From a virus, in IMG/VR virus record IMGVR_UViG_3300022486_000016, positions 1 through 19,686 of that record: a DNA stretch of 19,686 nucleotides; one strand, given 5' to 3'. The position numbers were made by a program, and so were the translations under genes. The notes beneath the pieces are model-generated. The model worked only from the letters and a program-made list of their open reading frames with translations, searched no databases and was not told the origin of the DNA. This document shows positions 7,870 to 15,794 of the stretch, in pieces; the first letter of the stretch is position 1; every line of letters starts with the position of its first letter.

Positions 7870-8619
7870 TTAGTCGCCGATTTCGGTCTGTCCGACCCAC
7901 GTTCCGCCGTGGCGGATGCGGTGTTTTCCGCGTCCTTGAGCCTTTCTGTCAGCGTTGCTCATTGTGCTCACGTCGCTCCATGTTCCGCCTTTGCGGATTT
8001 TAAACCATCCGTTATGTTTTTGATGACTCTTGAAAGTGCCATTTTTGCGAGTCGCCCAAGGTCGAAACTCTGGCGGTGGAAAGTACGCGATAGCGTCAAA
8101 CCATAATTCGATTTTATTATCACCGCTTGGATCTGCGGCCAAGTCGTCAAAGCGTAGAAGTTTAATTCCTACGTGTTGCGTATGCTCGCGAGCAAATTCA
8201 CTTTTTTTAATAGTGAGGATAGGAACAGAACCGAACACCGTAGCGCCTCCGAGCTGTTGGTTATAGCTATAACCCGTACCTGACTGGTAGTGTAAGTCGA
8301 CCAGTGTTTGACCGTTCGCATTTACTAAGCTATCATGGACAGGGAAAGGAGTGCCACGGCGTAGGCTTGTGATAGTCAAGCCGTAACCGCTCACACCTTT
8401 TACTTTGATACGAATTTCGTCCGTCGTTTCTTCAATGTCATAGTCAAAACTTACTCGCGTGTCAATCGTTTCATTTTCTGGAGATCCGACCGTATAGGCG
8501 TTGTACATGTGAAAAATGGAAGTGTTGCCTTCGTAGCTCACGCCTCTATATGTACCCCCCTGAATGACAACAGGTTTAAGTTGAAAATCTACGCGTCCGC
8601 CGTTTTTAAGTTGTGCCAT
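7870..8619 (-). CDS. Virion structural protein, putative fibre/receptor-binding protein (249 aa)
   Basis: Sits in the structural block. GGAGGTG SD. The C-terminus has repeated basic motifs of the type K/R-I-R-K/H-G-G-T-W (FKIRKGGTW, HRIRHGGTW). The function is inferred from position only. Confidence 0.5.
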   Translation of the reverse strand: MAQLKNGGRVDFQLKPVVIQGGTYRGVSYEGNTSIFHMYNAYTVGSPENETIDTRVSFDYDIEETTDEIRIKVKGVSGYGLTITSLRRGTPFPVHDSLVNANGQTLVDLHYQSGTGYSYNQQLGGATVFGSVPILTIKKSEFAREHTQHVGIKLLRFDDLAADPSGDNKIELWFDAIAYFPPPEFRPWATRKNGTFKSHQKHNGWFKIRKGGTWSDVSTMSNADRKAQGRGKHRIRHGGTWVGQTEIGD

Positions 8620-8622
8620 ACA

Positions 8623-9327
8623 TTAAACACCTCCAGCCAAGTCGTCCTCTGTTGCTCCGTTATTTGTGCGGATAAAGTGCGCACCGTCTGTCGCTCCACC
8701 GAATACGTTAATATTACCTGTCGCAATATTGCGGTCTGGCTTAAGGTTACCATTTTCCCAAGCGCCTGAATTTTTGAGGTTGTCAATAATCTTATTGAGG
8801 TTGTTTTCAATCTCAGTAATACCGAGCTTATCTTTCAAATCTTTCAAAAATTTAGGGTCGTTGAGCAACTCTTTGAGATAGTCTTTAAACCATTTTTGCA
8901 TTTCAGGATCGTGCATAATTTCTTTGAGATAATCCTTGAAAAATTCACGCATGTCTGGATCTCGGAGAATATCTTTAAGATAATTTTTAAACCATTGCTT
9001 CAAGTCGCTATTAAGGACATCTTTGAGCAAGTCTGAGAAGATTTTGCGGAACTCTGTCGAGTGTGCAAAGCGTCGAATAAGTTCAGGAATAAGATATTCT
9101 AACAAATCAATTAGCGCATTTTTAAAGTCTTCAAACTCATTTTCCAACGCTGTAAAGTCGTCCAAGAGTTGCTTAAAGGCTCTTTGAAGCCACGCGATAA
9201 GCTCATAAATAGAGTTCGCGTTGTCAAAGCTCGTTGGGAGTTCTGGAATTAGTCCGAAGCGCTCAATCCAGTATTGACTATAACGACCGCGGTAGTTTTT
9301 GAAAAAGTCTTCGTTTTCGTTAAACAT
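8623..9327 (-). CDS. Putative fibre/appendage protein with four 17-aa helical repeats (234 aa from ATG 9327)
   Basis: The track start TTG 9333 is replaced by ATG 9327, which lies 7 nt after GAGGTG. The N-terminal NSIYELIAWLQRAF motif resembles N-termini of Gram-positive phage fibre/appendage proteins. Tandem repeats follow, then a Gly-rich C-terminus. Confidence 0.55.
   Translation of the reverse strand: MFNENEDFFKNYRGRYSQYWIERFGLIPELPTSFDNANSIYELIAWLQRAFKQLLDDFTALENEFEDFKNALIDLLEYLIPELIRRFAHSTEFRKIFSDLLKDVLNSDLKQWFKNYLKDILRDPDMREFFKDYLKEIMHDPEMQKWFKDYLKELLNDPKFLKDLKDKLGITEIENNLNKIIDNLKNSGAWENGNLKPDRNIATGNINVFGGATDGAHFIRTNNGATEDDLAGGV
8827..9030 (-). repeat. Four imperfect tandem 51-bp (17-aa) repeats inside the CDS
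   Basis: Protein units: LLKDVLNSDLKQWFKNY / LKDILRDPDMREFFKDY / LKEIMHDPEMQKWFKDY / LKELLNDPKFLKDLKDK. On the + strand, TTTGAGATAxTCxTTxAAA recurs about every 51 nt. Confidence 0.8.
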
Positions 9328-9344
9328 AATCAATCACCTCTTTT

Positions 9345-11111
9345 TTAGTAGATTGTTTTAAGAATAGGTGGACATTTTGTGCCAGGCTCAAGCAATTCGC
9401 TCGCTTTAATTGTTTCAACTTCCGCAGTGTCGACGTTGTACGTTTTAATATTAAAGTCGAGAAGCGCTTGAGCGTCCGATTTATTGCCGCTAAACGTAAC
9501 TGATGTACCTGACACGCTTACATGGACTGGAAGCCAATACCCACCCATGTCAATCAACAAACCGCCTGAGACAATTACACCAGCGTCAATGTCATCCTGT
9601 GTAAAGTTTGTACGTCCTTTAGCTTGTGAAAGTTGGAGAAGCGCTTTCGCAGGAGTGAGCGGTGGGAATTCAAGCCAGTCGCGAATTTGGATAAAATTGT
9701 TAGCGAAGTTTTTTTCGGCTGATGCGAAGCGGATGTCTGTCACAATGTTTGTAAGTACACGGTTTTCATCGTCATATTTAAGTGAGACGAACAATCCTGA
9801 TCCGCCGTTTAGTCCGCCGAGCTGGCTAGTTTTTAGACCGTGATCAAAATCGGTGAGTCGAGCGTCGTTGTAACCGGTTTCGTTAATGTTCTCTTGATCC
9901 CACGTTATCGTAACTGTTTCGCCTCCGACGACAAAATCTACAGATTCTAGACCTGTTTGTCGCGTGCGTGCTTGTAAAATTGCACGCTTAGATTCGTCGG
10001 TGACTTTGAGCGGTTCAGCGCTGTTTGTTGTATTAGCGTTCTTTAATTTCTCAGCGAGTGCATCAATCGCTTTTTTAAGCTCACCGTCAGCTGTTTTACT
10101 AGCTTCTCCGAGTTTTGTGACTGCGTCCGTCACGCTTGCAATATCTGAGATTTCTTTCGTTTTAGCGTCTTCGAGCTTTTTAGCTAAAGCGTCAGCTTTT
10201 GTTTTCGCTTCGTTTGCTTTGCCTTGTGCTTCAGCCGCGCGGTCTTGTGCGTCCTGAACAGCGACACCTAAAGCATCAAAGTCAGGAAGCGCTGGTTTTG
10301 CAACTTCAAGACGAATTTCTCCGACTTCTCGCGAGAAGTCGAGAGAGTCGATAGAGTTGTCATTTTGCTTGAGAGTAACAGTAAGAGTGACATTATCTGA
10401 CACCGACAAGCTGACAGCGTTCGAATTATCTAAGTCTGTATAGAGTTCGACGCGTTTGAGTCCTTCGACGCGTCCGTTATGTTTTTTCGCAATGTCGCGA
10501 CTTTCTTCGTTGACGTACAATTTCGCATCTTTTGGCAACTTCGACAAGATTTCTTTAATGTTGTCGATATCGGTTTTTAGCAACTTGTCAGCACCTTCAG
10601 ACGCTTCTTGCAATTTTGCAAGAGCGTCTTTCACGTCCGCAATTTGAGTAATAGCAGTAGTAGCCTTTTGGTCTGCAAGACCTGCTTTTTCTGCTGCTTT
10701 GTCAGCTTTATCTTTCGCTTCTTTTGCGTCATTCAAAGCTTTTGTCAAGTCCGCTTCAATTAATGTACCGTCAATTACCGCTTTTTCTTGCGTTTTGTTA
10801 ATGCTGAGATATTTGCCAGCAGTTTCGAGAGCTAGACCGCGATAGTCGTGCCCAAGGGCGACTGATTTTTTCGGATCATCCGTTCCTTCATCAGCTGTTG
10901 TAACGGTCGTAGTGACAAAAGGAGTCCCTGAGACTTCGTTAACTTTGTCTGGATCAGCTTTTACTTTTAATTTAAAGTCTCCATCACGCTCTGAAAAGTC
11001 AACGCTTGTAAGCGCATCTTTTCCGCTTACGCTAATGTCTTTAATTTTTTGATGTTGTTGGAATTGAATGGTCTTTGAAACTGGTAAAGGTCGTTTAGTT
11101 GATTTAGTCAT
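9345..11111 (-). CDS. Large fibre/appendage protein with a duplicated beta-segment + Ala/Lys/Asp coiled-coil module (588 aa)
   Basis: GAGGAAA SD. There are two similar modules: DFSERDGDFKLKVKA followed by KALNDAKEAKDKADKAAEKAG..., and DFSREVGEIRLEVAK followed by DAQDRAAEAQGKANEAKTKADALAKK.... A distinct C-terminal globular part follows. The receptor-binding role is inferred. Confidence 0.6.
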   Translation of the reverse strand: MTKSTKRPLPVSKTIQFQQHQKIKDISVSGKDALTSVDFSERDGDFKLKVKADPDKVNEVSGTPFVTTTVTTADEGTDDPKKSVALGHDYRGLALETAGKYLSINKTQEKAVIDGTLIEADLTKALNDAKEAKDKADKAAEKAGLADQKATTAITQIADVKDALAKLQEASEGADKLLKTDIDNIKEILSKLPKDAKLYVNEESRDIAKKHNGRVEGLKRVELYTDLDNSNAVSLSVSDNVTLTVTLKQNDNSIDSLDFSREVGEIRLEVAKPALPDFDALGVAVQDAQDRAAEAQGKANEAKTKADALAKKLEDAKTKEISDIASVTDAVTKLGEASKTADGELKKAIDALAEKLKNANTTNSAEPLKVTDESKRAILQARTRQTGLESVDFVVGGETVTITWDQENINETGYNDARLTDFDHGLKTSQLGGLNGGSGLFVSLKYDDENRVLTNIVTDIRFASAEKNFANNFIQIRDWLEFPPLTPAKALLQLSQAKGRTNFTQDDIDAGVIVSGGLLIDMGGYWLPVHVSVSGTSVTFSGNKSDAQALLDFNIKTYNVDTAEVETIKASELLEPGTKCPPILKTIY

Positions 11112-11409
11112 AATTTTTTTCCTCGTTTTCTATAAATGTAAAACTCATGGTTTTTGGATGCAATTCCGCTAGCTGTTTTAAATAAAGGACAGCTTGCAAA
11201 AGCATTTTTTTCGTTTGCTTGCTGTACGCTATTTCAGCGTAACTGTAACCGTCCGCCGTTTTTTTGTCGATGATCTTGTGAGTGAAAGTGTATGTGATAG
11301 CCTGAAAAGCCGTCGTCGCTCGGGCGCAATCTTCACGCCCCGTGGCGCTGTGCCCTTTTACTGTTAGGCGGAGGCTTGTTGCGGTCATTTCCGCATTTAT
11401 TGTAATCAT
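11104..11409 (-). CDS. Prp-like (ribosomal-processing cysteine protease family, former DUF464) small protease candidate, 101 aa
   Basis: MITI..., LRLTVKGHSATGREDCARATTA and C-terminal LLQAVLYLKQL line up by eye with S. aureus Prp (MITV..., DGHADHGEYGHDIVCAGASA, LILQTMLVSLQT). That includes the His/Cys dyad positions and the ~100-aa size. Confidence 0.5.
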   Translation of the reverse strand: MITINAEMTATSLRLTVKGHSATGREDCARATTAFQAITYTFTHKIIDKKTADGYSYAEIAYSKQTKKMLLQAVLYLKQLAELHPKTMSFTFIENEEKNYD

Positions 11410-12095
11410 AGTTTTTCGTGTCCTTCCCCTCCGACCAAAGAAATACGTTTCTCGCCGTCGTGGTTATTCGTCGCGGTGAGTTGGAACTTATCCCAATCTT
11501 TCAGGTAGTGCACCCATCCAGGCTTTTTGAGTCCTCGGTTGTTGTTGTCATACCATACAATACCGATTTCTTCCCAGCTTTCCGCATCGTTCCAAGGTTT
11601 CTCATAAGTTGCTTTAAATTTAAAATTATTAGACGTTAAGACTCCGTTATCCCAATGCGTAAGCTCGTTGATAATAGGTATACGACTAAAATACTCATTA
11701 TCGTCAATGACTCGCCCGAAGCCTTTAAGTTTAGACTTAGATAAAAGCTTATCTTTGCTATAATAAACGCCTAAAACTTTAAAGCGGATGAAACATAAGC
11801 AGTTAAGCTCGTCGCCTGATGTCGTTACGGCTGTAATCGGTTTGTTTACAACTTTCGAGCGTGTTGATGTAATGCCCCAACGTTCAGCGCTTGATGCGTC
11901 TGCGTAGTAGTAAAGCACCGCTCGCGCTTTGACGTAGAGATTTTTTAAGCGTTTACCATAGCGTGGATTAGTTACTTTAAAATAGTACAGCTCGTCAGGC
12001 TCAGGTGTGAAATCCTGAGGTACTTTAATAAGTAGCTGAGCTAGATATTTATCGTAGCTGACTAAGTTTTCGTTAGCTATTGTTAATTCTCGCAT
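11406..12095 (-). CDS. Structural-module protein, unknown function (229 aa)
   Basis: AAAGGA SD. ATGA-type overlap with the downstream gene. Located between the lower collar and the protease. I recognise no motif. Confidence 0.6.
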   Translation of the reverse strand: MRELTIANENLVSYDKYLAQLLIKVPQDFTPEPDELYYFKVTNPRYGKRLKNLYVKARAVLYYYADASSAERWGITSTRSKVVNKPITAVTTSGDELNCLCFIRFKVLGVYYSKDKLLSKSKLKGFGRVIDDNEYFSRIPIINELTHWDNGVLTSNNFKFKATYEKPWNDAESWEEIGIVWYDNNNRGLKKPGWVHYLKDWDKFQLTATNNHDGEKRISLVGGEGHEKL

Positions 12096-12112
12096 AGTTT
12101 GTCCTTTCTAGG

Positions 12113-12772
12113 TCACCACACTTGTAAAAAGAGCGGTTCCAAAATGTTGAAGATTTCAAAAGTGAGGTCTTCCATTTGCGCGAGTTGGTTGTAACGCTGA
12201 GCGAGTTGACCGCCTGCCCATCCGTGCGTATAGCTGTGGTGGTCTTCCTTGCCTTTTGCGTTACCCTCACCGAGCGCATTTGCGTAATCTATTGCGCCGT
12301 ACTTTTGGTCGTGGTCGTTGTCATAAGTTATGCTTAAGTGTTCTTGTGGTGTCGTGTTTGAAATCGATAAAGTGTGACTGTCATTTTTAGAGCTTCCGTC
12401 GTTATACATGCTGGTATCTTGATTCATTTGATCAAGTGACATGTTTTTAAGCGTGTCACGGACTTTAAACAAATTGAGACAGTCCGTGTTTAATTCTTGC
12501 TCTAAAAATACCTGGAAGCGTGCGAACGTCTCGAAACCGATTTCGCGATTATAGAAACGCTGACAAAAGAGTTTTTTAAAGTCGTCATCGACGTACTTAT
12601 TTAAGTGCATGTCTTTAAATAGCTCATTAAATGTCTGGTCAATAATGACATTATAGTGTAAAAAGTCGCCGTTTTCGTCAACTGCCAAACCGTCAAGATT
12701 TCCTGTAATCGGATTACGATACCGAGATTTTAAAAATTGCTCAATTGTTACTGTTGTGTTGTTTTGTGTCAT
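12113..12772 (-). CDS. Lower collar protein (phi29 gp11-like)
   Basis: FYNREIGFETFARF resembles the conserved lower-collar motif as I remember it. It sits directly after the connector gene, as in phi29. GGAGG SD. Confidence 0.65.
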   Translation of the reverse strand: MTQNNTTVTIEQFLKSRYRNPITGNLDGLAVDENGDFLHYNVIIDQTFNELFKDMHLNKYVDDDFKKLFCQRFYNREIGFETFARFQVFLEQELNTDCLNLFKVRDTLKNMSLDQMNQDTSMYNDGSSKNDSHTLSISNTTPQEHLSITYDNDHDQKYGAIDYANALGEGNAKGKEDHHSYTHGWAGGQLAQRYNQLAQMEDLTFEIFNILEPLFLQVW

Positions 12773-13806
12773 GGCTGTAAACCTCCGTCCGCGTTGTCGT
12801 CGAGATTTTCGGTGTTTAAGTCTTTCTCAACATCCGCAAAGTTAAAGCGTTGCACCCATTCAGCAGGCTCTACGTCAATATTTAAGCCGTAAGCTTCATT
12901 AATACGTTTCACCGCGTTTCGACGAGATTTCCAACCTACCTCAATATTAGCTGAGATAATTCCTGCGTTAGAAATTGCTTCAGCAGTAACTAAGCGCTCA
13001 GCTTTGTCCACTGGATTATTATTAATACCTATAAATGTTAAGAGCTGATTGATCACTCGGTTTTTTTCGTCGTGTAACTTATCCAAGAGATACGGAGCCT
13101 CAGTCCTAAAGACTTTAATTCTGTCGTCTAACTGTTGGAAGTCTGCTGTCCCTGCGGCGTTCTTTTGCGTGTTAGCGTAAACGACAGGCTCAAAGCTCTG
13201 GATCTTGTTAAAAATATTTTTTAAACTTAATACAGATTTTTCATCAGCTAAGACAAAGAACGGAGTGACTTGAGCGTTGCGGTTTAATTGAATAGTCATT
13301 TCAATATCTGCGAGCTTTTCGCAATAGAGGTGGATATAGTCCAGATATGGCTCAAATAAGTTATTATTCGGAATAACGATACAAGGTTTGTCCGTCCGTG
13401 TCTCATCATGCATTTTTTGGAGTAAGTCAAAATCCCTTTTACTGTACGCGATTTGCATTTTAGGGAATCGCATCTGCTGAGCCGCGTTAACAGGTAAGTA
13501 CGTCGTCGGATAGTCGTAAATGTTTAACTCTTGCCCGCGTGTGCCTCCTTGGACGACATATCCGAGCTGTTCGTCTTCGAAAAATGCAACGTGTCCATTT
13601 TCCAAAAGCTTACGCTCTATAAAGAGCTCATCAAGGTCATTCGGTAAATTGTACCAAGAGAAGTAGTTTACGACAATGTCATAAAAGTAATTAAAGTAAA
13701 AGTTATACCATGCTGTACGATTACGGTCGACGGTTGTTTTACTGTGTTCAATGCGTCCTAAAGTTTTTGTATATTCCTTGAGACTGTGATAATTTACAGT
13801 ATTCAA
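12769..13806 (-). CDS. Head-tail connector / portal (upper collar, phi29 gp10-like)
   Basis: By-eye matches to phi29 gp10: RNRTAWYNFYFNYF versus RNRWFIHYLNYL; LNRNAQVTPFFV versus VNQNAQKTPVLI; FRTEAPYLLDKLHDEKN versus FKTDAPYVVDKLNAQKN; INEAYGLNIDV versus INELYGLNVKV. TTG start, 7 nt after GAGGA. Confidence 0.85.
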   Translation of the reverse strand: MNTVNYHSLKEYTKTLGRIEHSKTTVDRNRTAWYNFYFNYFYDIVVNYFSWYNLPNDLDELFIERKLLENGHVAFFEDEQLGYVVQGGTRGQELNIYDYPTTYLPVNAAQQMRFPKMQIAYSKRDFDLLQKMHDETRTDKPCIVIPNNNLFEPYLDYIHLYCEKLADIEMTIQLNRNAQVTPFFVLADEKSVLSLKNIFNKIQSFEPVVYANTQKNAAGTADFQQLDDRIKVFRTEAPYLLDKLHDEKNRVINQLLTFIGINNNPVDKAERLVTAEAISNAGIISANIEVGWKSRRNAVKRINEAYGLNIDVEPAEWVQRFNFADVEKDLNTENLDDNADGGLQP

Positions 13807-13830
13807 ATACTTTTCCTCGCTTTCTTTGTT

Positions 13831-13864
13831 TTAATAAAAGCCCAGACCCATTGTGGGCAGGGCT
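13831..13864 (-). terminator. Intrinsic terminator (probably partial) just downstream of the major capsid gene
   Basis: The - strand RNA reads AGCCCUGCCCA-caa-UGGGUCUGGGCU, a GC-rich stem with one small bulge, followed by UUUAUU. It starts 16 nt after the capsid stop codon. Confidence 0.6.
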
Positions 13865-13879
13865 AGTAGAGGAATACTA

Positions 13880-14977
13880 TTAGTCTTCCACGTAGAACAT
13901 GTGGATGTTTTCGAAAAGTGAAAGGCTAGTAAGGTAATGGTGATGGTAGAAGTAGTTATAAGACATAGTCTTTGGATTGCGGATGCTTTCCATGTGTACT
14001 AATTTGTCCTTTAAGATAATCGAGTTCTTAGATACTAAGAAAGCAACTGGACGGCGTCCGTTATTTTGTCCAGCTCCTGTGAACTTGTCAAAGAAGTCGA
14101 CAACAATTTGACGAGCTTGGACTGACGCTTTATCCATGTTGAAAGCGTTAGCAAGCATGAGGTCGATATCAGTTGAGTATTCAGCGTCGATAATCAAATA
14201 TTGATCTTCGAGTGGCGTCGCATTAGGTACACCTACTGGATTATTTGAATGAGCTTTATCACGCGAAGGGATTGTAAACTGTTTAGATTTCGCGATGATG
14301 TCCTTCACCATTTCCTCAATATAGTTATTATGAGTCGTGTCGACTTTAGTACCTGCTACCGTGATTTGGTGAGCTGTACCAGCGTTATCTGTGTAAGTAA
14401 CCTCAGCGAGTGAGTCGTTAAGCACTTGTTTAACTGCTGCATATTCATCGAGCGTGTCTGAGCTAATCAAAGATGTGAACATTTTGTCAATAAATTCATC
14501 AAATGCCATATCTGAGGTAAAGGCTTTTTGAACCCAGGCACGTTCGAAAGTACGATCGTAGCGGTATTCGTTGTTCAACTTGTGATAAAAGACTTCGATA
14601 TCTGTATCAGCGAAAGCGAAAGGATGTCCGTTGTCTTTTGCGTTAAAGTTGTTACGTTCCGCAGGTGCGACGTAAATTTCTTCCAACGTATCACCGAACT
14701 CGAAAATTTCAGATTTAAAAATAGCGAGTGGGTTTTCATAAGTCAAAGCCTTCACGACAACTGATCCAATACGGTTAATCAACTGTTCAAAAAATTCATT
14801 TTCATGAACTTGAAATTGTTGTACAGGGATATTACTGTGGTTGATAGCGCCTTTAAGTACAGGAATGTCAGCCCGATAAGCATTTGAAGCTTTTTCACGG
14901 ATGGCGTTTAAGAGGTCGATGTTGCTTACTGTTTGTCCCGTTTCATGAGACATAAAGCGTGTAATTTTATTGCTCAT
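13880..14977 (-). CDS. Major capsid protein (phi29 gp8-like)
   Basis: By-eye matches to the phi29 gp8 N-terminal half: DLLNAIRE versus DIVNAIRN; RIGSVVVKA versus RIGLVVIRQ; NPLAIFK versus NPLKKFK; TLEEIY versus TIEEIY. AAGGAG SD. Confidence 0.85.
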   Translation of the reverse strand: MSNKITRFMSHETGQTVSNIDLLNAIREKASNAYRADIPVLKGAINHSNIPVQQFQVHENEFFEQLINRIGSVVVKALTYENPLAIFKSEIFEFGDTLEEIYVAPAERNNFNAKDNGHPFAFADTDIEVFYHKLNNEYRYDRTFERAWVQKAFTSDMAFDEFIDKMFTSLISSDTLDEYAAVKQVLNDSLAEVTYTDNAGTAHQITVAGTKVDTTHNNYIEEMVKDIIAKSKQFTIPSRDKAHSNNPVGVPNATPLEDQYLIIDAEYSTDIDLMLANAFNMDKASVQARQIVVDFFDKFTGAGQNNGRRPVAFLVSKNSIILKDKLVHMESIRNPKTMSYNYFYHHHYLTSLSLFENIHMFYVED

Positions 14978-15210
14978 TATTTTTCTCCTTCTTCTACAGG
15001 AATTTGATTATTTTCGTTAACTTCAGTCGTTTCGAGTTCGTCAGCGCGTTCAACGCGTTCAGGATAATTTTGTTCACGGTTTGCGATGTTATCCGCAGGC
15101 GTTTCGAGTGGTTGTTCGACGTCGGTAGGTGCGTTAGTTTCTACGGCACGGTCAGCGTAAATAGCTTTAAGCTCGTCGCGTCCGTACCAGTCAATTTTTG
15201 GAAGATTCAT
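14977..15210 (-). CDS. Small acidic head-morphogenesis protein (77 aa), function unknown
   Basis: AAAGGA SD. Its stop overlaps the capsid start (ATAATG). Very acidic and of low complexity. Positioned between the scaffold candidate and the capsid gene. Confidence 0.6.
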   Translation of the reverse strand: MNLPKIDWYGRDELKAIYADRAVETNAPTDVEQPLETPADNIANREQNYPERVERADELETTEVNENNQIPVEEGEK

Positions 15211-15233
15211 TTTTTTGGTGTCCTTTCTGTTAA

Positions 15234-15536
15234 TTAAAACAAGTCGTTAATTTGTGCAATTTTTGAGACTGCTTCTTTAGCTTCCTCAGCTGCCTCGTTT
15301 TGTTTTCCGATTTGACGGTAAAGCGTGTTATTAGATGCCATAAGACCTTGGTTTTTCTTGTTAAGGTTTGCGACATCTTCGTTCAACGTTGCCACGATTT
15401 CGTCAATTGTACTTACAAAATCTTTAAGCGTAATAAGATCCGCGAGAATTGATTCGATTTCGTCGTCGTTCCCAACACGTTCAGGGAGAGAGTCGAGAAG
15501 CTCAAGAGCGTCTTTAGTTTCAAAAGCTGTATCCAT
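15234..15536 (-). CDS. Scaffolding protein candidate (100 aa, acidic, helical)
   Basis: The track ORF starts at 15584, inside the promoter. I trimmed it to ATG 15536 (MDTAFETKD...), which follows AAAGGAGG. It is the first late gene, and its size and composition resemble phi29 gp7 (98 aa). Confidence 0.7.
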   Translation of the reverse strand: MDTAFETKDALELLDSLPERVGNDDEIESILADLITLKDFVSTIDEIVATLNEDVANLNKKNQGLMASNNTLYRQIGKQNEAAEEAKEAVSKIAQINDLF

Positions 15537-15569
15537 TGTGGAGAAGCCTCCTTTACATTTATTTGTACT

Positions 15570-15601
15570 ATTATAATAACACAAGACAACAAATATGTCA
15601 A
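15570..15601 (-). promoter_or_regulatory. Late-operon promoter (P-late)
   Basis: On the - strand: TTGACA (15601-15596), a 17-nt spacer ending TGt, then TATTAT (15578-15573). This overlaps TATAAT (15575-15570). The SD and scaffold start follow. About 45 nt are paralogous to the promoter at 15966..15997. Confidence 0.75.
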
Positions 15602-15606
15602 GTGGC

Positions 15607-15635
15607 TTGACACTTTTAATGGTTTGTGTTAAGAT
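15607..15635 (+). promoter_or_regulatory. Plus-strand promoter divergent from P-late
   Basis: TTGACA (15607-15612), 17-nt spacer with TGt, TAAGAT (15630-15635). Its -35 and the P-late -35 together form the palindrome TGTCAAG-tgg-CTTGACA (15596-15612). Confidence 0.65.
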
Positions 15636-15641
15636 AATAAT

Positions 15642-15788
15642 ACAAGAAGCACCGATTGTGATTGACGTATAGCGTCTGGACGATTACGCATTGAGTTGCG
15701 CCTGACGCTTTCGCATCTTAATCACATGCTCTGTCAGTCGCTCTCGATTCGTTTCTTCAAACAGTTTCCTTACGGAAGCTGTTTTTTT
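15642..15788 (+). ncRNA. Candidate small RNA A (~147 nt)
   Basis: Bounded by the + promoter and a + terminator. Nested helices: AAGAAGC (15644-50) / GUUUCUU (15751-57); UGUGAUU (15657-63) / AAUCACA (15720-26); AGCGUC (15671-76) / GACGCU (15704-09); CGCA (15687-90) / UGCG (15697-15700). Two G-U pairs exist only in the + sense. No SD-led ORF is present. Confidence 0.55.
15759..15788 (+). terminator. Intrinsic terminator of candidate RNA A
   Basis: ACAGTTTCC-ttac-GGAAGCTGT, 9 bp including one U-G wobble that would be an A-C mismatch on the other strand, followed by T7 (15782-15788). Confidence 0.7.
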
Positions 15789-15794
15789 ATATAT

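Noticed and set aside
15537-15584. N-terminal extension of the scaffold ORF (track start at 15584, MCYYNSTNKCKGGFST...)
   Set aside because: It overlaps the late promoter -10 and the leader, and the AAAGGAGG SD lies inside it. ATG 15536 is the credible start.
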